A stretch of 63,368 nt of DNA, filler included. It is 4 parts of 4 records of this genome, joined end to end, with 100 filler letters (N's around TTAATTAATTAA, not from the genome) between each part and the next. Parts side by side here need not be neighbours in the genome. Positions count along the whole stretch, not along the records: positions 1 to 16,174 come from SRR22947725_1765; positions 16,275 to 40,327 come from SRR22947725_1766; 2 more parts are not named here. One strand, 5' to 3'. Both the position numbers and the translations under genes were made by a program. Positions 9,490 through 19,666 of the stretch are shown one piece after another. Below the pieces are notes generated by a model. The model made no database searches and was not told the DNA's origin. It worked only from the letters and a program-made list of their open reading frames with translations. Position 1 is the stretch's first letter. Each line of letters opens with the position of its first letter.

Positions 9490-10860
9490 TTAAAAGACAA
9501 CCGGTTTTGCCAAATGGCGGCACAGAAACCCCCAAATCTTGTCGGCCACCGCCCGCGGCTGATCTTCGTGGATCGCGTGTCCCGCCCGGGGCACGACCGC
9601 CATCTGAAACTTGCCCTGCATCTGCGCGATCGTGAGTGTCTTATCGAGACGGTCGTGTCCCGCTAATAGAAGCAACTTTGGTGCACTGACCTGAAGAAAT
9701 GCCTGCGACAGCCCCGTGAACCAACCGATCCAAAACGGCTCTGTCCGCTCCAGCGCCACGCGCCACACATATTTGTAGGGTGGCTTGGCACTCGACGGGG
9801 ATTTCATTGACCCGTCGTGTCGCTTCTCTTCCACGCCGCTCCTTCTCCCCGCCTCCTTCTCCTTCTCCTCGTGTGGCTTGGTTTCCTCGACGATGCTCGG
9901 GTACCTTGGGATGGGCGGCGGCGGCCCCATCGCTCCCAACTTGCTCGTCTTGCTTGCCGTCTTCTTCGCGATCGCACTCGCCATTGCAGTCGTCGTGGGG
10001 GGCGACTGAGACTGAGACTGGCTCCCGCCCACGGCCGACCCGCCCACGACGGGCACGACGGGCACGACGGGCCCGGCCGTCGCCTCAACAAGCATCCCCG
10101 GAACGGAAATCTCCGCACTTTCCCGCCGCCGCGCCGTGCCGCTCGACACCGCCCACTCGACAGCATCCTCTACGCTATAAAACCCCTTGGGACGTATCGC
10201 CAAAATTGCCGCCATGCTCTTCAACGCTTCCATCGCCGTCCCCTCCACCACGTCAATCGCAACCAACCCGACGACCCTCGACGCCAACGCACTGCCGGCC
10301 ATTGAAGCGAGCTTGATCGCCACGGCCGCTCCCATGGACCACCCAACCAGCACCACATCCCCGAACCGATGCGCCAAGTGCGTCACGTACAGCGCCTCGA
10401 CGTCAAGGAGCAACGTCTCAATCGAAAGGTCTGTCTCGTCGTCTGCAGTCGTCGCTCCGTGCCCCCGCATATCTGGCGCCACCACGACCACGTTTGACGT
10501 GCGCAACGGCGATGATGGCAATGACGATGATGGCAATGACGATGACGGCGATGACGGCGATGACGGCGGTGACGACGTCGAGCACACGCTGTCATCACCG
10601 TCTCGTGACGACGAGAGCAGGGCATCCGCCAGGGGCGCAAACGTCAGCCCACTATAGCCTGCCCCGTGGATGCATAAAACGAGGAGTGGACGCTGTGTCT
10701 CGCTCTCTTCACGCGCGCGACCGCGCTCCCCCTCCTCTCGGGCCCCGTCCAACCCGTCCCGGCTGAACTCGTGCAGATGCACCGTGCAGTGATTTGAAAC
10801 TCCTGGCGCCCCCCCTCGGAGCGCCAAATCCACATCCCGCGCTCGATACCGCGTGCACAT
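9490..10860 (-). CDS. PPME1: Protein phosphatase methylesterase 1 (alpha/beta hydrolase)
   Basis: HGAGYSGLTF, GWSMG nucleophile, DVVEGTA, DRLDKTLTIAQMQGKFQ and GHAIHED. The start codon is uncertain. Confidence 0.88.
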   Translation of the reverse strand: MCTRYRARDVDLALRGGAPGVSNHCTVHLHEFSRDGLDGAREEGERGRAREESETQRPLLVLCIHGAGYSGLTFAPLADALLSSSRDGDDSVCSTSSPPSSPSSPSSSLPSSSLPSSPLRTSNVVVVAPDMRGHGATTADDETDLSIETLLLDVEALYVTHLAHRFGDVVLVGWSMGAAVAIKLASMAGSALASRVVGLVAIDVVEGTAMEALKSMAAILAIRPKGFYSVEDAVEWAVSSGTARRRESAEISVPGMLVEATAGPVVPVVPVVGGSAVGGSQSQSQSPPTTTAMASAIAKKTASKTSKLGAMGPPPPIPRYPSIVEETKPHEEKEKEAGRRSGVEEKRHDGSMKSPSSAKPPYKYVWRVALERTEPFWIGWFTGLSQAFLQVSAPKLLLLAGHDRLDKTLTIAQMQGKFQMAVVPRAGHAIHEDQPRAVADKIWGFLCRHLAKPVVF

Positions 10861-10949
10861 CAGCAAATGTACTACAACAAAAAACAAAACCGTCCCGATA
10901 CGTGACCGAAACGAATGACGAGATACGTATCTCTTGTACAACGATTTTT

Positions 10950-11936
10950 TCAAAGCGCAAACTTTCCATCGTGTCCGACCGACCCCCCGCCCACGCCCAA
11001 CCCGGTCACAGCATACACCCCACCACCGCCACCCGCCTTGTCCACCCTGCTCGTCACGAACAACACGTCCATCCCCTTTCCGCCAAAATTGCAGGACGTC
11101 GGACGCGAATACCCCACCTCAACCTCTCGAACCACCGCCCCCGAGCTCCCATCCACGCAGCGCACAAGCCCACTCTCGCCCACCGCCACCCACAGGTTGC
11201 CGGCATCGTCCAACGCCATCCCGTCCGGCACGTTCGCGTGCTTCGTCTCCGTCTGGTGCACCAGGCGGTGCGACGACGACGAAGAGGACGACGAAGAGGA
11301 CGACGACGACGACGTGTCCGGCACCCCGTGCTCGTCCGTCGCGTACGCCCGGACGCTCTCGTCCCTCGAGTCCACGATGATACACTCCCCATTCCTCCAC
11401 ACGATCCCGTTGGGACACCCGATGCCGAGGGGAGCGGGCGTGATGTCCTTGAACGCCCGCGTCCCGGCGTCAAACACGCACAGCGATCCCATGGGGCCCG
11501 TCCGCCACGACAGGCTGAGGTGGCCGACGACGAGATGCGTGCCGTCCGGCGTGACTTTGCCATCGTTGAATCGAGCGCCCGCGTCCGTCGCGCCGATGCA
11601 GTCGGGGAGCGTGGCAAGAACGCTCGAGGACTGCGACTCGAGGTCGACCAGCCGGAGATGCCGGCTCGTGCCGACCAACAGCTTCGACGGGTCGCTCGTC
11701 AGGAAGGCGCAGGACGCCGGCTCGCCGTCCGGGCAGACGAACGCGATGCGAACCACCGGAGATGGCGCCGGAGCCCCCGTCACGGCGTCAGAGACGACGT
11801 CAGAGACGGCGTCGATGGCGTACACCGTTGATTTGGAAATGTCCACAAAATACAGGCGATCGAGGCGCTCGTCGTAGATCGGACCCTCGCCCAGCTCGCA
11901 GTGGAGGTCCCCCGTGATACAGACAGACCGCGTCAT
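10950..11936 (-). CDS. SMP-30/gluconolactonase (regucalcin) family
   Basis: ELGEGPIYD, RFNDGK, PNGIVW, PDGMALD and PTSCNFGG motifs. Confidence 0.88.
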   Translation of the reverse strand: MTRSVCITGDLHCELGEGPIYDERLDRLYFVDISKSTVYAIDAVSDVVSDAVTGAPAPSPVVRIAFVCPDGEPASCAFLTSDPSKLLVGTSRHLRLVDLESQSSSVLATLPDCIGATDAGARFNDGKVTPDGTHLVVGHLSLSWRTGPMGSLCVFDAGTRAFKDITPAPLGIGCPNGIVWRNGECIIVDSRDESVRAYATDEHGVPDTSSSSSSSSSSSSSSHRLVHQTETKHANVPDGMALDDAGNLWVAVGESGLVRCVDGSSGAVVREVEVGYSRPTSCNFGGKGMDVLFVTSRVDKAGGGGGVYAVTGLGVGGGSVGHDGKFAL

Positions 11937-12066
11937 GGTGGGACGGCTTTAAAATGTTCAAGAAAGTCATAAATAGTCTCGACTTCAAGAGAGGCTTGTC
12001 CGGACAGGGCGAGACGAGGTTGACGGGACCTGGTGCGCGTTCACTGAACAATACATGCAGGATTGA

Positions 12067-12966
12067 ATGGCGTTCGTTGAACAGCAACAGGGACGGGCAC
12101 CCAGGGCCATGCGGAGCGGGTTGGGGACCGTGCGGAGCGGGTTGGGGCGACGGAAAGGGGCTCGGGCCCGACCTTGGCCCCTCGCTGCAGTCCGTTCCCC
12201 GCCTCCCCTCCACTTGGATCGCGTGACGTTCGGCTACGTGCCGTCGTCGCCGATCCTTCGACAGGCATCGCTGACGGTGCATCCTGGGACGCTGCACTTT
12301 CTGCTGGGGCTGAACGGGTGCGGCAAGTCGACCCTGCTGCGGGTGATCAACGGGATGGTCGTGCCCCAGAGCGGGGGCGTGGTGTTTGGTCGCGTTGGCG
12401 ACGCGGGTGATCCATCTGGCGTCGATGACGTGGATGACGTGGATGATGTCGCTGACGTCGCTGACGTGGATGACGTCGCTGATGTCGGTATAGGCTATGT
12501 GTTTCAAAACCCGGACGACCAGGTGTGCATGCCGACGGTCTACTCGGACGTGGGTCTGGCGCTGGGCAAGTACGAGGGCCTGGGGAAACGGGACGCGGAT
12601 CTGCTCATACGGCACGCGCTGGCCCAGGTGAACATGCTGGAGTACGTGGAGCGGCAGTCGTCGTCCCTGTCCGGGGGACAGAAGCAGCGGGTGGCCATCG
12701 CGGGGGCGATGGTGGAGCATCCGGCCATCTTGCTCTTGGATGAGCTGACGACGTTTCTGGACGGGTCGGATCAGATGAATGTGCTCAAGGCGGTTCGGCG
12801 GATCGTGACAGAGACGGGGATCACGGCGGTGTGGGTGACACATCGGCTGGAGGAGTTGGCGTATGCGGATGCGGTCTCGTATATGGAGGATGGTCGGGTG
12901 GTATGGACGGTGGATGCGGAGGAGGCCAAGAGGAAGATGCAGAGGATGGGGGCGTACGTTGTCTAA
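12067..12966 (+). CDS. ABC subfamily I / ECF-type ATPase, probably plastid-targeted
   Basis: Walker A GLNGCGKS, VFQNPDDQ Q-loop, LSGGQKQR and LLLDE; Arg/Ala-rich transit-like N-terminus. Confidence 0.85.
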   Translation: MAFVEQQQGRAPRAMRSGLGTVRSGLGRRKGARARPWPLAAVRSPPPLHLDRVTFGYVPSSPILRQASLTVHPGTLHFLLGLNGCGKSTLLRVINGMVVPQSGGVVFGRVGDAGDPSGVDDVDDVDDVADVADVDDVADVGIGYVFQNPDDQVCMPTVYSDVGLALGKYEGLGKRDADLLIRHALAQVNMLEYVERQSSSLSGGQKQRVAIAGAMVEHPAILLLDELTTFLDGSDQMNVLKAVRRIVTETGITAVWVTHRLEELAYADAVSYMEDGRVVWTVDAEEAKRKMQRMGAYVV

Positions 12967-13044
12967 CAAGCGTGTAAATTCGTTGTCAGTGGTCGGGAGT
13001 GCAGGGTGGGAGCGCAGGGTGGGAGCGCATGGTGGGAGCGCAGG

Positions 13045-14781
13045 TTAGTCGCCATCGTCACCGGCTCCGTTCGAGCTTTTCCTCCTCTTTGCTCCGCTGC
13101 GTGCGCCGCCGACGTATTGGACCAGGCGCTCGCGCCGCTCCTCCCGGAAGCTGGCGTACTCGGCGACGGTGGCGTTCTCAAACAATTCTTTCAGGGCTTC
13201 CATCCCCGCGTTCTTGGCCGCTTCGGCGTCCTGGAATTCAATCAGGGCTTTGGAACCGTATTCGAGGGTGGTGACGCGCGAGCCGACGAGCGCCGGGTTC
13301 CTCTTGCCCAGGGTCCGCGCGAGGTCGTTGCCACGGCGGACTTGTTGGTTCGGCGGGATGTCCTTGACGTAGACGATGTTGTCACGGGCGGGGTAGTCCT
13401 GGGGGCCGGAGAATGAGGCATACGCCATGTCGCTCCCGGTCACATACATGCGGTTTGCAAACGTCGGGAAATACGTCTTTGTGAATTCCTCGACCATCGG
13501 ATCGTCCGCACCCCCCTCGATCTGTCCCTCCTCCTCCTCCTCCTCTTCGCCATCCTCCGCGTCTTCAGCGCTCTCCTCCGCGCGCACGGCCATGCACGCA
13601 AACGCCGCGCCGGTCATGAACGCGTCGTAGCCAGCGTCGTGGGCAGCCTCGCCGGCGCCAATGTCACGGTACATGTCGTAGCCCTCGGCGTGTGTCACGA
13701 GGCCCTCGTGGTCCTCCATAAGTGTGGCATACAAGGGGGCCAAAGTCGTATCTACGTCCGGATCCTTGTCTTTCAGCATGCGCTGCGAGATGAGCTTGGT
13801 ATCGAAGATGCCGCCCGGAAACTGCCGCATCACCATGTCCCGAAACTCCTCCCAAGACGCCGGCAGCGGCGCCACGAACGAATGAATGCTATACGCAATA
13901 TCAAACGCCAAGTTATGCCCCACGGCCGGCTTGCAGCTCTCACGCATCGCGTCGAGGACTGACGCAAACCCAGCGGCGTCCAGCACTGCCTGACGCCTCG
14001 CCTCCGCCATCTCCCGCTCGCGCGTCTCGATCTCCTCTCCAGTCGCACGTACCAGCTTGATTAGCGCCCGCGACGTCCCCTCGATCTCCACCTTTTCCGG
14101 ATAAAACCCCGGAAAGCGTGCCTCCTCGCATCCAAACTGGTCCTTACGCAGCTCCTGATACTGCAGCGCGCGTTGATACGAGTTGACCGGTGATAGCAAA
14201 AGCTCGGACTCCTCGCCAGCCAGCCAAGACCGCACGTCCTTGATCAAGTCCGCCACCAGCATCTTGTCCAGCTCGGTCGACGGCACAATCTCCCCGCGGT
14301 CGTTCCGCTCCGTCCGCTTCCGCTGCTCGTCCTCCAGCGCCTTGAGCTTTTTATCCCGCAGCGACCCCGGCATATACGGTATCCCGTGATAGATCCATTT
14401 GTTGAAGTCAAACTTGTGCTCGCTCAGAAACTGCAGGCTCCCCGCCTCGCTCAGGAACCTCGGCGCATAGTCCTCAAACGGCCGCGGAAAGGTGTAAAAG
14501 TTGAATGTTTTAGCCGCGTACGACCGAAGATCTTCGTCCCACGCGAACACCGACAGGCCAAACTGGTTCACGACGAACGCCGAACTGCTCTGCACGAGCT
14601 CCTCGTAGCGGTCCTCCACGTCGTGCAGGTATGCCGGCGGCTTGCCCTCCGCCAGACCGTTCCGATTCTCCGACACGAACAGACCCGTCATCTCACAGTC
14701 GAACGCATAGAAACTGGCCCCCTCCAACGCCTCCCGGATGGCCGGCAGCGCCTCGGCAAAGTTGTCCTTGGTCACCTCCAT
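13045..14781 (-). CDS. PARN: Poly(A)-specific ribonuclease (CAF1/DEDD family)
   Basis: MEVTKDNF start; FDCEMTGL, FDFNKWIYHGIPY, VGHN and HDAGYDAFMTG motifs. Confidence 0.88.
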   Translation of the reverse strand: MEVTKDNFAEALPAIREALEGASFYAFDCEMTGLFVSENRNGLAEGKPPAYLHDVEDRYEELVQSSSAFVVNQFGLSVFAWDEDLRSYAAKTFNFYTFPRPFEDYAPRFLSEAGSLQFLSEHKFDFNKWIYHGIPYMPGSLRDKKLKALEDEQRKRTERNDRGEIVPSTELDKMLVADLIKDVRSWLAGEESELLLSPVNSYQRALQYQELRKDQFGCEEARFPGFYPEKVEIEGTSRALIKLVRATGEEIETREREMAEARRQAVLDAAGFASVLDAMRESCKPAVGHNLAFDIAYSIHSFVAPLPASWEEFRDMVMRQFPGGIFDTKLISQRMLKDKDPDVDTTLAPLYATLMEDHEGLVTHAEGYDMYRDIGAGEAAHDAGYDAFMTGAAFACMAVRAEESAEDAEDGEEEEEEEGQIEGGADDPMVEEFTKTYFPTFANRMYVTGSDMAYASFSGPQDYPARDNIVYVKDIPPNQQVRRGNDLARTLGKRNPALVGSRVTTLEYGSKALIEFQDAEAAKNAGMEALKELFENATVAEYASFREERRERLVQYVGGARSGAKRRKSSNGAGDDGD

Positions 14782-15087
14782 CAGGGAATCCGACCGCTGG
14801 GCCTCGCCGATGACGGCTCGCCGGGCGTGCGTCGAGCTGGTTGATGTATAGGCTCCAGAAAAGCGACCCAGGGAAGGAGAATCGCGGCGGGCCGGGCGAG
14901 AACGAAGAGGCTGAAGACGTGATTTCCCCACGAGAAGAGGCATGAGGATACCAACCCTCGCAACGTGACTGGGGGCGACGGGCGATCCCGGTGACGTGCA
15001 GGTGCGAGTGGCGATCTTCGATGGGATATTCGATGCGCTATTCGATGCTCCACACACAAGAACAGAGTAGAAACGAAAAATCTTCAG

Positions 15088-16072
15088 TCAGTCCCACAGC
15101 CTCTCAATCTCCTCGAGGCTCTTTCCTTTCGTCTCCGGGACGATCGAGTGGATGGTCACCAGGGCCAAGACGCCCACCCCCGCAAAGGCAAAGTACAAGC
15201 CGCTCGGCCCCAGTGAGTCCTGCAGCGAGGGCAAACACAGACTCACGAGAAAGTTGCTGGCAAAGTTTGTGATGGTCGCCAGCGCGAGGGCGCTCCCCCG
15301 CACGCTCAACGGGAACACCTCCCCGCAGAGCAACCAGGAGATTGGTCCGAAGGAGACCTGGTACGCCCCCACATAGATTAGAAGCGCCCCCACATTCATC
15401 CAGATTCCGATATCCGAGGACGCCGGGACAAATGGCACGAGATTGCCCTGGATGCCGCCGAGGATGAGGAGGGAGGCGACAATGCCCGAGACGCCCAGGA
15501 GGAGGAGGGGTCTGCGACCCCAGCTGTCTACGGTGGCCACAGCGACGCCGGTCATTACGAGCTTGAACACGCCCAGGACGACCGAGATACCCGTCGCCGA
15601 GTCGGCAGATGCAAACCCAGCGTCTTGAAAAATCTGCGCCGCGTAATACAGCACGGACGGCTGGCCGGTTATTTGCTGGAAAAGCATCAGCGACAGGCCG
15701 ACCGCGAGCGGCCGGCGATATCTGGGCTCGGTGAAAACCGTCCAGAACGACGACGATGGGCCCGCGGTCTCGGCCGACATCATCCCCGCCACCTCCGCCT
15801 CAAGAACATCCGGCGCTGCCCCTGGCGCCGCCCTGGACAGCGACGTCACCGCCTCCGCTTTCCTATTCTTCAGCGCCAGCCATCTCGGACTCTCCGGCAG
15901 ATACAACATGCCCGCCACGAGCACCAGCGCCAGCGGCACCGCGGCCCCATAAATGAGCCGCCACCCGCCCACCGTCGAGATTGACAGGTACGAAATCAGG
16001 TACCCCATCAAGATCCCGCCCACGATAAACGCCTCCTTCATGCTGATGAGCACGCCCCGCACCGCCGGCGGA
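15088..16072 (-). CDS. MFS sugar porter (xylose/vacuolar glucose transporter-like), 3' exon; 5' part lost at the contig end
   Basis: PESPRWL, QQITGQPSVLYYA, GRRPLLL and PETKGKSLEEI motifs; splice acceptor at about 16073. Confidence 0.85.
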
Positions 16073-16120
16073 CTGTCGCATTGTGATCGACGACAGGAGA
16101 CATGTGAGTGGCACGACAAT

Positions 16121-16174
16121 CATCGTCATCAACCCAACATCATTATCACCATCATCACCATCATCACCATCATC
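16121..16174. repeat. (CAT/CAC)n microsatellite at contig end
   Basis: catcgtcatc...catcattatcaccatcatcaccatcatcaccatcatc runs into the gap. Confidence 0.8.
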
Positions 16175-16274
16175 NNNNNNNNNNNNNNNNNNNNNNNNNN
16201 NNNNNNNNNNNNNNNNNNTTAATTAATTAANNNNNNNNNNNNNNNNNNNNNNNNNNNNNNNNNNNNNNNNNNNN
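16175..16274. other. Artificial contig linker (N44-TTAATTAATTAA-N44)
   Basis: Six-frame stop cassette flanked by Ns; GC content and gene architecture change across it. Confidence 0.98.
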
Positions 16275-16302
16275 AGATCGGGTATCGCTTCCGTTTCTAA
16301 AA

Positions 16303-17265
16303 CTAAATTTGGTCAATAATTGCCTGGGCCGCATCCCAACCGGACATTGCGGCATTTTCAATTCGTTCGCCTCCAAAACTGTCTCCCGCTAGGCTCAACC
16401 GGTCCCAGGCGGATGTGTATTGAGTGGCTCCAAAGGTAACCAATGGCTTGGCAAAGCCCCAACGGTGGCATTTCCATTCAGTAATCTTGGCATTGAGACA
16501 CTCTTCTGCGGCGGCCACTAATAAAGGTCCGCGTTCTTCATCAGGAGCGTCCCAAAATTGTTGGGAGTAAGAATCGACTGCATGAACAGTGCAGGCAGGA
16601 ATCGGAGAAGTTCCCTTCATGTGGTTATCTGAAATCCAATCAATTTCCGTTGTCGGGTGAGTAATTGTTCCTGGGGAAGAAAGGGAGGAGGGACGGTCCA
16701 AAATTCCCAACAGGGCAAGACAGCGGGTGTAACGTACTGCTTCTAATTGATCCATTACCTTTGATTCTAATTCAAATTGGCTTCTTTGAAAAAGTTCCAG
16801 CATTTGAGGCACGGGAAGGGTGAGTACTAAATGATCTGCAAATAATTTTCGGTCCCCCCCCCCCTTTTCATTAATCTGCCATTCTTCATCAAAGAAAATA
16901 GAATCAACAAAAAATTCTTTTTGAAAAGAAAAAGACCTCGCCAAAGCCTTCGCAGGAGCAGTCATACCATTTACACCACGGTATCGAATACTTTTGGGAA
17001 TATCTTCTCTCCCTGCAATTGAATCATACCACGGAACTACTGCGTCCATGGATTGCCATTTTGTAAGCAATTCCTTCATTCTAGAATCCCGCACGGTGAA
17101 AAATTGTGCACCATGATCAATTCGAGCCCCAGCCATCCTCCTGGTCGACATCCTGCCACCCACACCGCGGCCTTTTTCAACCAAAACAACATCATGCCCC
17201 TGTTCCGCTAAGCGATACGCACACACACAACCGGAAATCCCGGCACCCACAACAACGACTTTCAT
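16303..17265 (-). CDS. Renalase-like NAD/FAD-dependent oxidoreductase
   Basis: GAGISG, EKGRGVGGRMSTRR, DHGAQFFT, HRW and AGD..GG.IE.A..SG motifs. Confidence 0.88.
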   Translation of the reverse strand: MKVVVVGAGISGCVCAYRLAEQGHDVVLVEKGRGVGGRMSTRRMAGARIDHGAQFFTVRDSRMKELLTKWQSMDAVVPWYDSIAGREDIPKSIRYRGVNGMTAPAKALARSFSFQKEFFVDSIFFDEEWQINEKGGGDRKLFADHLVLTLPVPQMLELFQRSQFELESKVMDQLEAVRYTRCLALLGILDRPSSLSSPGTITHPTTEIDWISDNHMKGTSPIPACTVHAVDSYSQQFWDAPDEERGPLLVAAAEECLNAKITEWKCHRWGFAKPLVTFGATQYTSAWDRLSLAGDSFGGERIENAAMSGWDAAQAIIDQI

Positions 17266-17359
17266 ATAATTAGAAAACTTTTAAGGATACTTTACATTAT
17301 AAATTAAAAAGATAAGAATTATTCTACATCCCAGGCAAACCAGCACAAACTCAATACAA

Positions 17360-18259
17360 ATGAAAAATACTTCCGAAGATTATACGTTCATTGTAAATTC
17401 ACTGAAAGGACAACTCCCCAGTCTTCCCTTGGTCATGGATGAATTAATGACGATTATCTCGGACCCTAATGTCGCTCTTTACGCAATCAAAGACATCATT
17501 AAAATGGATCCCTCTATTTACTCACAAACCCTTAAGGTGGTAAACACCGTACAATACCGGGGTGAGGGAGAGTCCAGAATTACCAGCCTTGATGATGCCA
17601 TGCAAAGACTGGGATTGGAGAAAGTAAAACGGATTGCCTTGAACACCTCTGTCCTCACGCTTTTCAGTGGTGCAGAATTTACCAATAATTTTAGTCCCGA
17701 GACCCTGTGGACTCATAGTGTGGGTGTGGCGGTTGCAAGTGCAAGTCTCGCAGATTTTCTCCACTTTCCAATGTCTGACCAGGCATATTCCTGCGGACTG
17801 ATTCACGATATCGGAAAACTGGCGAAGTTAAAATACGATCAGCAAAATTTTTGTGAGGAATTAAATAAGGCGAATGAACTAGGACTGAGTAATTTTCATA
17901 CCGAAGTGACCCATCAAAAAATTAGACATGATCTATTGGGGGCCCAAATCGCAAATTCATGGGGAATTTCTCCCCTCGTTGAAGCAGTTGCCAGATGGCA
18001 CCACGAGGAGGACCGTTCCAAGCGAACCGAGGTGGAGGATCCTGACATTCACAAATTGATTGATGTGGTTCAGTTTTCAAATTCTCTGATTAAAGAAATC
18101 AAATTTGGAAACAGCGGACATTCTCAAAAAGAAGTGCCCTCTCCATCAATCATGAGAAGATTGAAAATCAGTGAGGAAGGTCTCGATGAATTTGAGGAAA
18201 AATTAAAAAATGAATTGGAAACAGAAAAGGAACATATTTCACTTTTGAATAGAAAGTGA
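17360..18259 (+). CDS. Stand-alone HDOD domain protein
   Basis: LPSLP, LWTHS, GLIHDIGKL and WHHE motifs. Confidence 0.85.
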   Translation: MKNTSEDYTFIVNSLKGQLPSLPLVMDELMTIISDPNVALYAIKDIIKMDPSIYSQTLKVVNTVQYRGEGESRITSLDDAMQRLGLEKVKRIALNTSVLTLFSGAEFTNNFSPETLWTHSVGVAVASASLADFLHFPMSDQAYSCGLIHDIGKLAKLKYDQQNFCEELNKANELGLSNFHTEVTHQKIRHDLLGAQIANSWGISPLVEAVARWHHEEDRSKRTEVEDPDIHKLIDVVQFSNSLIKEIKFGNSGHSQKEVPSPSIMRRLKISEEGLDEFEEKLKNELETEKEHISLLNRK

Positions 18260-18281
18260 AGCTTGATTCCTTGGGTTTATC

Positions 18282-18728
18282 CTACGAACTTTCCAGAAGA
18301 TCCGCAAAACTGAGCATGTATTCTACCACATGTTCCCGTCGATTTCTTTCTAAGTAACGAAAGCCGCCATTTAAATTCCCCAAAACCTTCCGATCGGATA
18401 AATTTTCTAATTGAACGATATCGGAGTGCGACAAACCATGTTTTTCAATAAAAAGGAAAATGTCATCCACCTTGTTACCCGTGCACGAGCAGTAATCAAT
18501 TGCATGCTCTGACCACTCGTCCAACTGAAAATCCACCGATTCCACAATTTCTAGACTGCTCATCCCAGTTAGAGTTTGGATAAGGTGCCCGGCGTTACAC
18601 TGGCCCATATGCCCCCATTGGTATTGGACATCTTCCTGGTCGAGTCGCTTAGAAGTTTCACGAAGGGCATCAATTAAAAAGCGATTAGTGAAAGACTTGT
18701 TAAATGTGTGGGTGCTTGTGTTTTTCAT
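18282..18728 (-). CDS. Conserved hypothetical protein
   Basis: Clean ORF with a YQWGHMGQCNAGHL motif; no family recognised. Confidence 0.7.
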   Translation of the reverse strand: MKNTSTHTFNKSFTNRFLIDALRETSKRLDQEDVQYQWGHMGQCNAGHLIQTLTGMSSLEIVESVDFQLDEWSEHAIDYCSCTGNKVDDIFLFIEKHGLSHSDIVQLENLSDRKVLGNLNGGFRYLERNRREHVVEYMLSFADLLESS

Positions 18729-18946
18729 CAATAATAATGGTTGTAGATAGTAATAAAAACTAAGTTTTCAGAAATTTCAAACTTGATCGATTTACATTTC
18801 AGGTTCGAAACTTGGATTTAGATGATACAATCTTTTATTCTAACTTGGTGCAAAATGGGAATAGTATATTTTATAGTTCAGTTCAGAAATATCCAACTTT
18901 GAAGTACTAGATATTTAACAACACCCCGCTCCCGCTCATTTCCATT

Positions 18947-19666
18947 ATGATTCAATTTAAATTCAGACCCTCTCACGAACGCGGTGCACGCGACCATGGT
19001 TGGCTTCAGGCACGATTTTCATTTTCTTTCTCGGATTATTACGACCCCGAACATTCCGGTTTTCATTCCCTTGTGGTAATGAATAACGATATAATACAAC
19101 CCCAAGGAGGATTTGGTAATCACCCCCATGATAACGCCGAAATTTTCACCTATGTAATTTCAGGTGAACTCGAACATAGGGACAGTATGGGAAATGGCTC
19201 GGTTATTAAACCCGGAGATTTACAATACATGAGTGCCGGAGACGGGGTTCATCATAGCGAGTTCAATCCATCCGATTCGGAAAAAGTTGAGCTTTATCAG
19301 ATTTGGATGCTACCCAATCAAAAAGGTGGCCAACCCATTTACGAGGAAAAAAAACTCGGGAAAGACCAGGTGAAGAATGAGGTCAAAATTTTATTCTCCG
19401 ATGATGGGCGTGAAGGTTCCACCCCCATTCGACAAAATGCCACCTTTGGATTTGGTCAACTTGAAGAGGGTCATTCCGTCTTACTGCAACCGGATCAGGA
19501 TAAACCAAATGCGTGGATTCAGGTGATCAACGGTTCTTTGACCCTGGGAGATTTTCAACTTGGTCAAGCCGATGGCCTGGGTATTGAAAAGATCGATTAT
19601 TCCCTCCCTATAAAGGCCGAACAAAATTGTAAATTTTTCATCTTCCGATTATCTGAAAGTGAATGA
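18947..19666 (+). CDS. Pirin family protein (YhhW-like)
   Basis: RG..DHGWL, FSFSDYYDP, HPHDNAEI and MSAGDGVHHSE motifs. Confidence 0.92.
   Translation: MIQFKFRPSHERGARDHGWLQARFSFSFSDYYDPEHSGFHSLVVMNNDIIQPQGGFGNHPHDNAEIFTYVISGELEHRDSMGNGSVIKPGDLQYMSAGDGVHHSEFNPSDSEKVELYQIWMLPNQKGGQPIYEEKKLGKDQVKNEVKILFSDDGREGSTPIRQNATFGFGQLEEGHSVLLQPDQDKPNAWIQVINGSLTLGDFQLGQADGLGIEKIDYSLPIKAEQNCKFFIFRLSESE

Noticed and set aside
77-16132. Many long antisense or alternative-frame ORFs in contig 1 (e.g. 77-901, 4179-5108, 10794-11831, 11800-12969)
   Set aside because: They are shadows of real genes in high-GC DNA with no recognisable motifs.
16175-16274. Eukaryote-bacterium junction as HGT, and TTAATTAATTAA as a biological motif
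   Set aside because: The same N-flanked six-frame stop linker occurs three times, so it is a concatenation artefact.
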